The position numbers and the translations under genes are program-made. Shown piece after piece: positions 7,460-14,988 of a stretch of DNA of 17,011 bases. Origin of the DNA: a virus (taxonomy: Duplodnaviria > Heunggongvirae > Uroviricota > Caudoviricetes); the IMG/VR virus record IMGVR_UViG_3300044475_000054, positions 64,001 through 81,011 of that record; one strand, given 5' to 3'. The notes under the pieces were generated by a model that ran no database searches, was not told where the DNA came from, and worked only from the letters and a program-made list of their open reading frames with translations. Within the stretch, counting starts at the first letter, position 1. Every line of letters starts with the position of its first letter.

Positions 7460-8438
7460 TAATCACTCCAAGTTTCTTCATAACATCCGTTCCAACAATA
7501 TGATCACCTTCAGGTTTTCGTAACATGTGCGCCATACTCCACATCTCATTTAACACATATTTCCAATCGATTGTAATTTCATCTTCTCGCCAACCAACAA
7601 CAGTTTTAGGATCGGGATACATTAGTTGAAAAGCTTCACTAACAGCTTGTAATGACTCTTTATCATTCTTACAGTCTTTCAGAAATTTATACATAGATTT
7701 GTCACCAAAGTCTAAATCGCTAAAACAATTAGACTTATAGTTATCAGCAGAATCTCCCGCTAACTGGAAATAAAACCATTGTCTACCGTGACCTTTAACC
7801 TCACCTTTACTATTTAAATATAAAGAACCGTATCCTGAACAATCTTGAACTCCATCACTACCAAAAGGGTTGTAAACTAAACACTCTGTACCTCTCGAAT
7901 CTTTATCTGAAGAAACAACAACTTTCGATTTGTCACGATAAGCGTCAATTGTTACCCAATCATCTGATTCTAAGCCTTCGACAACCTCTGCACCATATTT
8001 CTTAACAATGTAGTCTCTCACTTCCCCAAGAAGAAGTGGTCTTAATGTATCATCTCGATTTCCCTTGTATTTGAGTAAGGTACTTCGCTCAACACGCCAA
8101 GAATCTCCCTTACCTAGATAACCATTAAACTTGTTTGTTTTAAGTGCATATAAAACAGATTCAATCATACTCTTTGTTGTGTGTAGAACGTTGGCAATTT
8201 TTTTAGGGGTTTGAATGTCTGTAATGATTAACTCATCAGCTTTGTAATCTGTACCGTTTAACTTATTGTGTTCAGCTAGTAGACCTTTGTCTTTTTTCTG
8301 CCAGTGTCCGTACAGTTCAGTACGAGTCTTACAAGACCACTCATCGCCCGTGATTGGATGATAAGCTTTGATTGTTCTTGACTCTCCTGCGCTTGCTGCT
8401 CGGTATGCTATTAGGTCATAGTCGAAAATTGCTCTCAT
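7452..8438 (-). CDS. 5'-3' exonuclease/RNase H (T7 gp6 / T5 D15 FEN-like)
   Basis: IFDYD, R...YKGNR, GLESDD, SSDKD and LAGDSADN motifs. ATG at 8438 fits the AAGGAG RBS spacing better than GTG at 8444. Confidence 0.92.
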   Translation of the reverse strand: MRAIFDYDLIAYRAASAGESRTIKAYHPITGDEWSCKTRTELYGHWQKKDKGLLAEHNKLNGTDYKADELIITDIQTPKKIANVLHTTKSMIESVLYALKTNKFNGYLGKGDSWRVERSTLLKYKGNRDDTLRPLLLGEVRDYIVKKYGAEVVEGLESDDWVTIDAYRDKSKVVVSSDKDSRGTECLVYNPFGSDGVQDCSGYGSLYLNSKGEVKGHGRQWFYFQLAGDSADNYKSNCFSDLDFGDKSMYKFLKDCKNDKESLQAVSEAFQLMYPDPKTVVGWREDEITIDWKYVLNEMWSMAHMLRKPEGDHIVGTDVMKKLGVIND

Positions 8439-8452
8439 ATTCACTCCTTATA

Positions 8453-8492
8453 AATACAAATAAAGGGACACACCAACTAAGAATGTATCCCT
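8453..8492 (-). terminator. Rho-independent terminator
   Basis: Minus-strand RNA AGGGAUACAU-UCUUAGUUG-GUGUGUCCCU (10 bp, two GU pairs) followed by UUAUUUGUAUU. Confidence 0.65.
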
Positions 8493-8509
8493 CTGTGTTA
8501 AATTAACAA

Positions 8510-8743
8510 TTAACTATTTACAGCTTCTTCTAACTCTAAGAACTCATTCAACTTAGAAACTGTTTCACCTAACTTAGATGTCGCCTTCAACTTACCTATC
8601 TTATTTAGGTCAGCAAATTTAATATCAGGTAATTCTTCATCTACAACAGTTTTAATATCTTTAAGTTCTTCGTTTAAAGTATCAATCTCTTGGTGAATAG
8701 ATACAAGTCGAGCTAGAATCTCTTTGGTTTTTGTTAAGTTCAT
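8510..8743 (-). CDS. Small helical protein, possible GapR/DUF2312 or T4 DsbA-like dsDNA-binding protein
   Basis: The pattern RLVSIHQEIDTLNEELKDIK...DIKFADLNKIGKLK resembles GapR/DsbA. AAGGAG RBS. Confidence 0.6.
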   Translation of the reverse strand: MNLTKTKEILARLVSIHQEIDTLNEELKDIKTVVDEELPDIKFADLNKIGKLKATSKLGETVSKLNEFLELEEAVNS

Positions 8744-8745
8744 GT

Positions 8746-8904
8746 TTATTCTCCTTTGTTTAATAATGGAATGTTAGTTGTTGTATGTACAGATTTAACA
8801 CGCTGATAAACTTTACTCAAGGTTTCAGCATCCTCGTATTCACCGTTTTCTGTTAATGTGTTAATCTTATTAATAAGATTCTTTAGTAGTTCAAACTCGT
8901 TCAT
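8746..8904 (-). CDS. Hypothetical protein (52 aa), below the ORF-track cutoff
   Basis: MNEFELLKNLINKINTLTENGEYEDAETLSKVYQRVKSVHTTTNIPLLNKGE*. AAGGAG RBS and ATGA overlap with the upstream stop; fills the gap exactly. Confidence 0.8.
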   Translation of the reverse strand: MNEFELLKNLINKINTLTENGEYEDAETLSKVYQRVKSVHTTTNIPLLNKGE

Positions 8905-9137
8905 TGTGTTTCTCCTTTAATTAAATATTGTTTAAGTGTTGATGGTAAGTGAATATCCCAAGAATCTAGAATATAACCTTGCACTTTATGAAGCTTATGT
9001 AAACTGTATAAAGAAATAATAGCTGCTAAGATAAAACCTACCAAAGTTTTTAAATGCACAACAGCAATCATTTGTGATAACAAGAATACTAACCAAATTG
9101 CGTAATTTAATAAACCACACATTACTTGTTTATTCAT
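8901..9137 (-). CDS. Small membrane protein (two predicted TM helices)
   Basis: Hydrophobic runs GLLNYAIWLVFLLSQMIAVV and TLVGFILAAIISLYSL. AAGGG RBS. Confidence 0.75.
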   Translation of the reverse strand: MNKQVMCGLLNYAIWLVFLLSQMIAVVHLKTLVGFILAAIISLYSLHKLHKVQGYILDSWDIHLPSTLKQYLIKGETQ

Positions 9138-9148
9138 GAGTGTTTCCC

Positions 9149-9493
9149 TTAGTAGACTAATACACCATTGAAAATTTTAGGCTCTAAATTAACAACTTTA
9201 CGAAACTCTTCCTTATATGGTTCAGGATTATTTAAATCAACATCAACTCCACGATATCCTGTTTGACCTGAGAAATAGTTTCCTGTGTTTGATTCAAGAC
9301 CTAGATAATACCAAAGATCATATTCTCCAATATTCTCTGAAAACCAATCAGGTAAATCTTCTTCATCAACTTCTAAATCGTAATCAGTAATTATATCTAA
9401 TACAATATTCTTCCCATGTTCTGTTAAACTTGTGTAAGTAATTTCTTCTTCTAAAACACCAACACCGACTTTGCTTATATAATTGACACTCAT
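9149..9493 (-). CDS. Hypothetical acidic protein (114 aa)
   Basis: AAGGAG RBS and coherent ORF. No motif recognised. Confidence 0.8.
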   Translation of the reverse strand: MSVNYISKVGVGVLEEEITYTSLTEHGKNIVLDIITDYDLEVDEEDLPDWFSENIGEYDLWYYLGLESNTGNYFSGQTGYRGVDVDLNNPEPYKEEFRKVVNLEPKIFNGVLVY

Positions 9494-9524
9494 CTTACTT
9501 CTCCTTTAATTAATTTTAAATAGT

Positions 9525-9548
9525 AGAGAGTATATTTCTATACCCTCT
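9525..9548 (-). terminator. Hairpin with GAAA tetraloop downstream of the SSB (terminator or processing/stability element)
   Basis: AGAGGGUAUA-GAAA-UAUACUCUCU, a 10-bp stem. The U-tract after it is weak (ACUAUUU). Confidence 0.55.
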
Positions 9549-9560
9549 TGTTGTTACACC

Positions 9561-10526
9561 TTAGAACGGTACAGAGTCGTCTTCTTCAGGCACAGAGGTT
9601 GGTTTTGGTTGCTTTGGTACAACAGTTGATTGCTCTTGTGAACCTTGAGCATCTTCATCATTATTCAAAGCTTCATATGCTTCAATTGCTTTCTGCATCT
9701 TACTACCTTGATAGTTGTTAGCTTGTTTAATCTTCTTAATAATACTACCACGAATACCAGCAGCTTTAAGAGATTCAACAGTTACATCTTCAAATGAGAT
9801 ACCCACAGGAGTTACTAAATCGTAATCAATCAGTTTAGCAAGTTGTGATGGTACAGAAGAAATACCTTTAACGTTAACATACACCTTATCACCATCTTCT
9901 GTCTTAACAACATCAACCATTAATGATTTACCTAAGATCAATCCAATATTATTTAGATCATTCTTAACTGTACCATCTGTAATTGTGTTTTGTCGTGTAA
10001 CCTTAGCTAGTTCTGTAAGCATTGAGTTAGGAGCAAATGTCCATACACCACCTTGTTTCTGTGGAGGAACAACAGCTAATCCTAAACCACGAATCTCACC
10101 TTTCCAAGTTTTGTTAAGTAAAGTACGGTAAGGTTTCTTACCAATCTCACCACCGTAGTCAATTACATTACCAACCAGATCAGCAAATACTGCAATTTCT
10201 TGACGATCTTTAGGTTGACGTACTTGAGCATTTACAATGAATTTGTCACCTTGTTCTGTAATCTTAACTTTCTCAAAGTCGGATTTCTTCAACATTGTTT
10301 CAACTTGAGCTACTAAAGCTTCAGCTTCTTCTCGTGTATCAAACTCTGTTGATTTCTCAATACCAGCCGATAGTGGAGGAGTGTGTACGCCTAAATCTAC
10401 AATCTGAGAGATAACGGCAGTGTGGTTATCTGTTTCAACTTGTTTATTAATTGCATTCCAGTCAACTTGTGGAGCGTTGTTTGAGTGTTGTGTTGTGCTA
10501 CCTTGTGGTTTTAGATTAAAAATCAT
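9561..10526 (-). CDS. Probable single-stranded DNA-binding protein (phage type)
   Basis: Located in the replication module with its own promoter. AVISQIVDLG beta-rich core and a disordered acidic C-tail ending EEDDSVPF, like SSB-Ct or T7 gp2.5. Confidence 0.65.
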   Translation of the reverse strand: MIFNLKPQGSTTQHSNNAPQVDWNAINKQVETDNHTAVISQIVDLGVHTPPLSAGIEKSTEFDTREEAEALVAQVETMLKKSDFEKVKITEQGDKFIVNAQVRQPKDRQEIAVFADLVGNVIDYGGEIGKKPYRTLLNKTWKGEIRGLGLAVVPPQKQGGVWTFAPNSMLTELAKVTRQNTITDGTVKNDLNNIGLILGKSLMVDVVKTEDGDKVYVNVKGISSVPSQLAKLIDYDLVTPVGISFEDVTVESLKAAGIRGSIIKKIKQANNYQGSKMQKAIEAYEALNNDEDAQGSQEQSTVVPKQPKPTSVPEEDDSVPF

Positions 10527-10601
10527 AATTTAATTTCCTTTGTTTGGTTGATGTAAACATCTGTTGATATAAATGATCAATTGTTCCTGATCATGAGGTG
10601 T

Positions 10602-10630
10602 ATTGTATATCATCTATTTTCAATACGCAA
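10602..10630 (-). promoter_or_regulatory. Sigma70-type promoter for the SSB gene
   Basis: TTGCGT (10630-10625), 17-nt spacer, TACAAT (10607-10602), with an A/T-rich UP-like tract upstream. Confidence 0.65.
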
Positions 10631-10648
10631 CACCTTTTTCAAAATAAT

Positions 10649-11050
10649 TTAAATATTTTTCAATTCTTCGTCTGTCATAGCTTTAATGTTTCTTACTTGA
10701 TAAGCAAGATTCTTCAAACCAGTGACTTTCCCTTTCAGTTCAATATAGTCATTGTAATAACGATCACGATCTTTTTCAATCCAAACCATTTGTTGTTTAC
10801 AATCAGCTTCAGCTTGTTTACGAGCTTTAGATTTAATCAACTTAATCTGCTCTCGATATTGAGGTAAACCTTCAACGCCATAGTTATGAACATAGATGTT
10901 TAAAAATTGATAAAGTTTACTGTTCTTTTGTGTTACGAAGATGGTCATAAAGATTAAATTAATCGCTAACATCTTCTTATAACTTTGATGACCAAATTCA
11001 TGTGAAATTTTAATACTTGGAAAGTTCCAGCCAAATGTAATCAGTATCAC
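10649..11050 (-). CDS. Hypothetical protein (133 aa) with a C-terminal coiled coil
   Basis: GTG start directly after the upstream TAA, GGAG RBS. Confidence 0.7.
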   Translation of the reverse strand: MILITFGWNFPSIKISHEFGHQSYKKMLAINLIFMTIFVTQKNSKLYQFLNIYVHNYGVEGLPQYREQIKLIKSKARKQAEADCKQQMVWIEKDRDRYYNDYIELKGKVTGLKNLAYQVRNIKAMTDEELKNI

Positions 11051-11482
11051 TTATTTCTCTCCCATTCGTTTAATCGTATCCCAATGACGTTCTTTAACAT
11101 TATTCCAACTTCGTTTCATTCTACTGTTCAGATATTCAATCTGTTCTGCTGTTAATTCTGAAAGATCGTCTTCACAAGTGTAAGACTGTAAATTAACATC
11201 GTTGAAAGGTTCAAAAGGTTGAGGTATTTCTTGTACAGCAAACACCTCTTTACACCAAATCAACCCTGTTGTCTCTGAGGTTTGTTTAACTTTTCGTGTG
11301 CTCCCACGAAGTACAGCTAACATATCACTCAGCACTTTAATATCTTCATAAGCTTTCTCTGTGTTAACAACATCTGCATCTACAGCTTCGTAGAGGTTAT
11401 TGATTTGTAAAGATAAGCTTTGTTTGATTAGATCAATGTGTTTCTTCTCTACAACCAGTTCATATAAAACATTATCGTTCAT
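11051..11482 (-). CDS. Hypothetical protein (143 aa)
   Basis: Likely start ATG at 11482 (MNDNVLYELV) with an AAGG RBS, 10 nt after the upstream stop. Confidence 0.75.
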   Translation of the reverse strand: MNDNVLYELVVEKKHIDLIKQSLSLQINNLYEAVDADVVNTEKAYEDIKVLSDMLAVLRGSTRKVKQTSETTGLIWCKEVFAVQEIPQPFEPFNDVNLQSYTCEDDLSELTAEQIEYLNSRMKRSWNNVKERHWDTIKRMGEK

Positions 11483-11492
11483 TTTGTTGCCC

Positions 11493-11729
11493 TTAAAAGT
11501 CGTAGAAACTGTCTTCACCACAAGTCCCCTCAAAAGGTTGTAATGATTCAATTGTCTCTTTACTGCCTGAAACTACTTCAAATCGGTAGATGTCACCTGA
11601 TTGTCCACCAACACCTACACTAATATATTCACCTTCATATTCACCAACAAAGGTAAAAGTGTATTTGTAATACGATGCAAAATAGAAATCCACATCTTTA
11701 TACTTCTCATAAAACTCTTCACGGGTCAT
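11493..11729 (-). CDS. Hypothetical phage protein (78 aa)
   Basis: Start ATG at 11729 (MTREEFYEKY), AGGAG RBS, 1 nt after the upstream stop. Confidence 0.8.
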   Translation of the reverse strand: MTREEFYEKYKDVDFYFASYYKYTFTFVGEYEGEYISVGVGGQSGDIYRFEVVSGSKETIESLQPFEGTCGEDSFYDF

Positions 11730-11730
11730 T

Positions 11731-11949
11731 TTACTTCTCCTTTTCACATGAAATAATCTTTGTTTCTAAAACTACACGATATGGTGTTTTACCATTCTCG
11801 TTAACAGATAGTACAACTTTATGTGTTTCTCTGTCAATAATATAATGATCCACTACTCGTGCTTCTGATAAGAAAGGGTTGTAAGTGAGATAGTCAAAAA
11901 CTAACTCCTCAAATACTACACTTCCTAAATCTTCAATATCTAAACTCAT
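11731..11949 (-). CDS. Hypothetical protein (72 aa)
   Basis: AGGAG RBS; tight packing with both neighbours. Confidence 0.75.
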   Translation of the reverse strand: MSLDIEDLGSVVFEELVFDYLTYNPFLSEARVVDHYIIDRETHKVVLSVNENGKTPYRVVLETKIISCEKEK

Positions 11950-11959
11950 TTAAAACTCC

Positions 11960-12871
11960 TTAACATATAGTATCTATAGTCTTGATTACTTGTTCTATAC
12001 TACTAAATTTGAAACATTCTGTATACCCTTTGAACGTCTTTTCTGGTTCATACGAGAACTCTTTAAATTCTTCTAAAAGGATTGCTTCAGTGTCCCACGC
12101 TTCTTTAGAATCTTGAAATTTGACCTGCTTTATAATATCAACCACACATCCAGTTTCTCTCGACAGTTCTGATAATCTTTTCTTTGGATTACTACTTAAT
12201 CCAATCTTATAGTAAGTATCACTGTTGTTAGACAGTTTTATTAAATACACACTAGCACCATTTACATGTCTTTCAGCGTAATGCTTTCTCTCACTTTCTT
12301 TACCACATTTTTGACAACCTTGTGATCCGCTAGAGTGGTAGTATGCAACTATGTCAAAGTCTCCATGCACACTACAGCCAATTGTTACAGGTGTCCTACA
12401 GTCTATGTATTTAACCTTAGAGTAGTCGTAAGCCTCTCCGAAATAGTTCTTTGACCTTGATATAAACTCATCCGTTCCAAGTATTTTATGCTGAGTTCTT
12501 AATTCTTCTGCACATGACATACAATGGTGTCCACGATTCATAATCCAATTTGGTTTCGTACTATATGCACCATGCTTCTTGCAAGAAACTTTTGTGTACG
12601 TAAGAGCTGCAATGTATTCATAATCATCAAAATCTAACAGGCTTTCAATGTCTGGATGCCTACTCTTTATCATAGAGACTGAGTATTCTGTCTTATCACC
12701 CACTAGAGATTTCGGGCTTGGTTCACTTCCTCTAGCTAATGAAGTCCTGTCAAAACGATGAGTAAAACCGAACTCATCCTTGACCCAAATATATGGGTTC
12801 TGTTCTCTAATATAAGTTAAACCCCGATCTTTGCAAATCTGTTTGTAATCGTGCTTTTTGGTATTCGCCAT
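11960..12871 (-). CDS. Free-standing putative homing endonuclease: Zn-binding repeats (DUF723/CapR-like) plus T5orf172/GIY-YIG-like nuclease
   Basis: Two C..HG.[YF]...[GH]CxxC repeats. C-terminal VYLIK...YYKIGLSSNPKKRL...E...GYTECF. Start at 12871 (MANTKK) with TAAGGAGG RBS fused to the pol stop. Confidence 0.85.
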   Translation of the reverse strand: MANTKKHDYKQICKDRGLTYIREQNPYIWVKDEFGFTHRFDRTSLARGSEPSPKSLVGDKTEYSVSMIKSRHPDIESLLDFDDYEYIAALTYTKVSCKKHGAYSTKPNWIMNRGHHCMSCAEELRTQHKILGTDEFISRSKNYFGEAYDYSKVKYIDCRTPVTIGCSVHGDFDIVAYYHSSGSQGCQKCGKESERKHYAERHVNGASVYLIKLSNNSDTYYKIGLSSNPKKRLSELSRETGCVVDIIKQVKFQDSKEAWDTEAILLEEFKEFSYEPEKTFKGYTECFKFSSIEQVIKTIDTIC

Positions 12872-12884
12872 AACTACTTCCTCC

Positions 12885-14921
12885 TTAGTGAATGTCGCTG
12901 TAATTTTTTCCGAATTGTACATCACAACCAAACGGTATCTCTAATTTAAAGCGTTCGTTGACTTTTTCGAGTGAATCTTCCATAAGCTTCTTCACATTGT
13001 CCTTAAAAACTTCTTTAAATTCAACAACTTGCTCATCATGGAACGTTGCTAAAAGTTTAACACCATTCTCGTCAAAACCATACTCTGGTTTATTTCGCAA
13101 GTTAAATTGAAAACCTAACCATAAATCCAAAACATAAGCTCCAGTTCCTTGTACAAGCGTACTGAAACGGTCTTTATCTGTTTTTAGGTGATACCACATA
13201 CCATTAAAAGGATTAAGTTGATACGTTCCGTGTGAAGTACGTTTTACTGTTTGCACGCTTGCAATTTTATCGATACTCCAGTTCATAGACTTATAAGCTT
13301 TTGAAATCTGTTTTGCAACTGATTCAGACACTCCTGCTGTACGAGCCAGAGTCTTGATACCACAAGAATACTGTAATGCATAGTTTGAGTTCTTACCTTT
13401 ACCTCGTGTTTTTGAAATCTGTTTTATAAGATCATCTTGATCTGCCCTGTTAAGCATTTCATCCAACTTAGAGCACTTTGGGTAGTTAGATCGGTCGAAA
13501 CCCTCTTTAACAATCTTATAAAACCAAACTTCTTGTTCTGTGAGAAGTCCACCTCCTTTAGCTACCTCAAGATGTGGATCAAAATCATCAGACATCTGTG
13601 ATAAAACATACTCACGGTCATAGGGGAGTTGCAAGTTAAACTTAATACGGTTCTCTAAAGAACTTAAATCAGCTCCACCAAGCAGCATTCCCTCACGAGC
13701 AACTAAGCAAGAACGCACAGCCTCTCCATACACAACACGAGATGATGGTAAGTTGACACAAGGTTTGCGGTGCTTTAAACGTAGTGTGTTTGTGAAACCA
13801 TTAGCACTTGCTTCTACATACTCACCAAATATCAGACTATCTAAAAACCCTTTAACACACCCTTTACGGTGCGATAATACACCCAAACCAACTAAGTGTT
13901 GAAGCTCTTCGTGTTCTTCTGCAAGTTTCTCGATAGAAGGGCATACTTGACCACCACTACCTTGAACATAAACCTGTGGGATTGTTCTTTCATTACCTAA
14001 ACCGTCTTTCACATATTTAAATGTCTCAGGAATCCAACCTAGTGAGAACAACCAATCCTTAACTTGAGCACTGGAAGCAGGGTTAGGTTCGTTGTAGCAC
14101 TTAACCTTCTTAATCTCCCCATCATAATCAAAAGATACTTCTGCTTCTTCACATAATAATTTCCACTTTTCTCCGTGAGAAGAAAGAGTTCCATCTTTCT
14201 TAAATGGTTTAGCAGGACGGGTGTGCTTTGTGTATTCAGGTACTTTAGGCATAGAAGCTTTCAATTGTTCTGTCTTGTGTTCAATCTCTTTCTCTAATTC
14301 TAAAATCACTTTCTCAGCATGGGGCACATCAACTTTAAACTTTGTATTCTGCTGTTCCTCTAACTGCTCCATTTTGAAGTTTAGATATTTAACAACTCTG
14401 TGGGTGCAGAACTCATAGTCAGACATCTCACCATAAAGCTCTTCAAACATACCCTTAAGCTTCTTGTACGTTCGATATTGAATCTTAACGTCTTCTTGTA
14501 CACGATGGTCATAGTCTACTTGTGTCAGGTTCTCCCAATCTTTAACTTCAGGTTTTTTAATACCAAACTCTTCACCATAACTTTCTAAACCATGCTTATC
14601 ACGGTTCAAATCTAAGTACCAAGATAAGGCTAGCGTATCTACAAAAATTACCTTACTTACATCATAACCAAAATGCTTTATGGCATTCTTATCATAGCAG
14701 ATACCACTATGCATGATAAAGATTGTTGGTTGATCTAACAAAGCTTGAATATCTTTACGTTGTTGTTCTGTGTCTGTATGCAAAGTCTGCATATTGCAAT
14801 CTTCAACATTCATAACGCACAGGTTGTGTAACTTAGCTTTATCGCCTTGTTCAAGCAAGTGATGTAGTAAACCAGTTGCTTCTACGTCTGCTGCATAAAT
14901 TTTGTATTCTTGATTATTCAT
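12885..14921 (-). CDS. Family A DNA polymerase (T7 gp5-like) with 3'-5' exonuclease
   Basis: ExoI DVE, ExoII GICYD, ExoIII EDV; motif A DLSSLE, motif B R.K.KNSNYALQY, motif C FHDE. ATG at 14921 fits the AGGAG spacing. Confidence 0.97.
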   Translation of the reverse strand: MNNQEYKIYAADVEATGLLHHLLEQGDKAKLHNLCVMNVEDCNMQTLHTDTEQQRKDIQALLDQPTIFIMHSGICYDKNAIKHFGYDVSKVIFVDTLALSWYLDLNRDKHGLESYGEEFGIKKPEVKDWENLTQVDYDHRVQEDVKIQYRTYKKLKGMFEELYGEMSDYEFCTHRVVKYLNFKMEQLEEQQNTKFKVDVPHAEKVILELEKEIEHKTEQLKASMPKVPEYTKHTRPAKPFKKDGTLSSHGEKWKLLCEEAEVSFDYDGEIKKVKCYNEPNPASSAQVKDWLFSLGWIPETFKYVKDGLGNERTIPQVYVQGSGGQVCPSIEKLAEEHEELQHLVGLGVLSHRKGCVKGFLDSLIFGEYVEASANGFTNTLRLKHRKPCVNLPSSRVVYGEAVRSCLVAREGMLLGGADLSSLENRIKFNLQLPYDREYVLSQMSDDFDPHLEVAKGGGLLTEQEVWFYKIVKEGFDRSNYPKCSKLDEMLNRADQDDLIKQISKTRGKGKNSNYALQYSCGIKTLARTAGVSESVAKQISKAYKSMNWSIDKIASVQTVKRTSHGTYQLNPFNGMWYHLKTDKDRFSTLVQGTGAYVLDLWLGFQFNLRNKPEYGFDENGVKLLATFHDEQVVEFKEVFKDNVKKLMEDSLEKVNERFKLEIPFGCDVQFGKNYSDIH

Positions 14922-14944
14922 AATCACTCCTTTAAGTTACTTGC

Positions 14945-14973
14945 ATTCTATAAATAAAAAAGAGAGCTGTCAA
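14945..14973 (-). promoter_or_regulatory. Near-consensus sigma70 promoter for the DNA polymerase
   Basis: TTGACA (14973-14968), 17-nt spacer, TAGAAT (14950-14945). Confidence 0.8.
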
Positions 14974-14981
14974 GCTCTCTT
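14951..14981 (-). terminator. Rho-independent terminator of the primase-helicase transcript
   Basis: AAGAGAGCU-UGAC-AGCUCUCUU, a perfect 9-bp stem, followed by UUUUAUUU. Confidence 0.8.
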
Positions 14982-14988
14982 ATAAAGA

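Noticed and set aside
8863-8880. Perfect 18-bp palindrome AATCTTATTAATAAGATT
   Set aside because: It lies inside a coding region and is nearly all A/T. A rough estimate gives about 0.1-0.2 such palindromes by chance in 17 kb, and there is no second copy.
10598-10867. Plus-strand 89-aa ORF
   Set aside because: Antisense to the 133-aa gene and overlaps a promoter; Phe/Ile/Asn-rich shadow.
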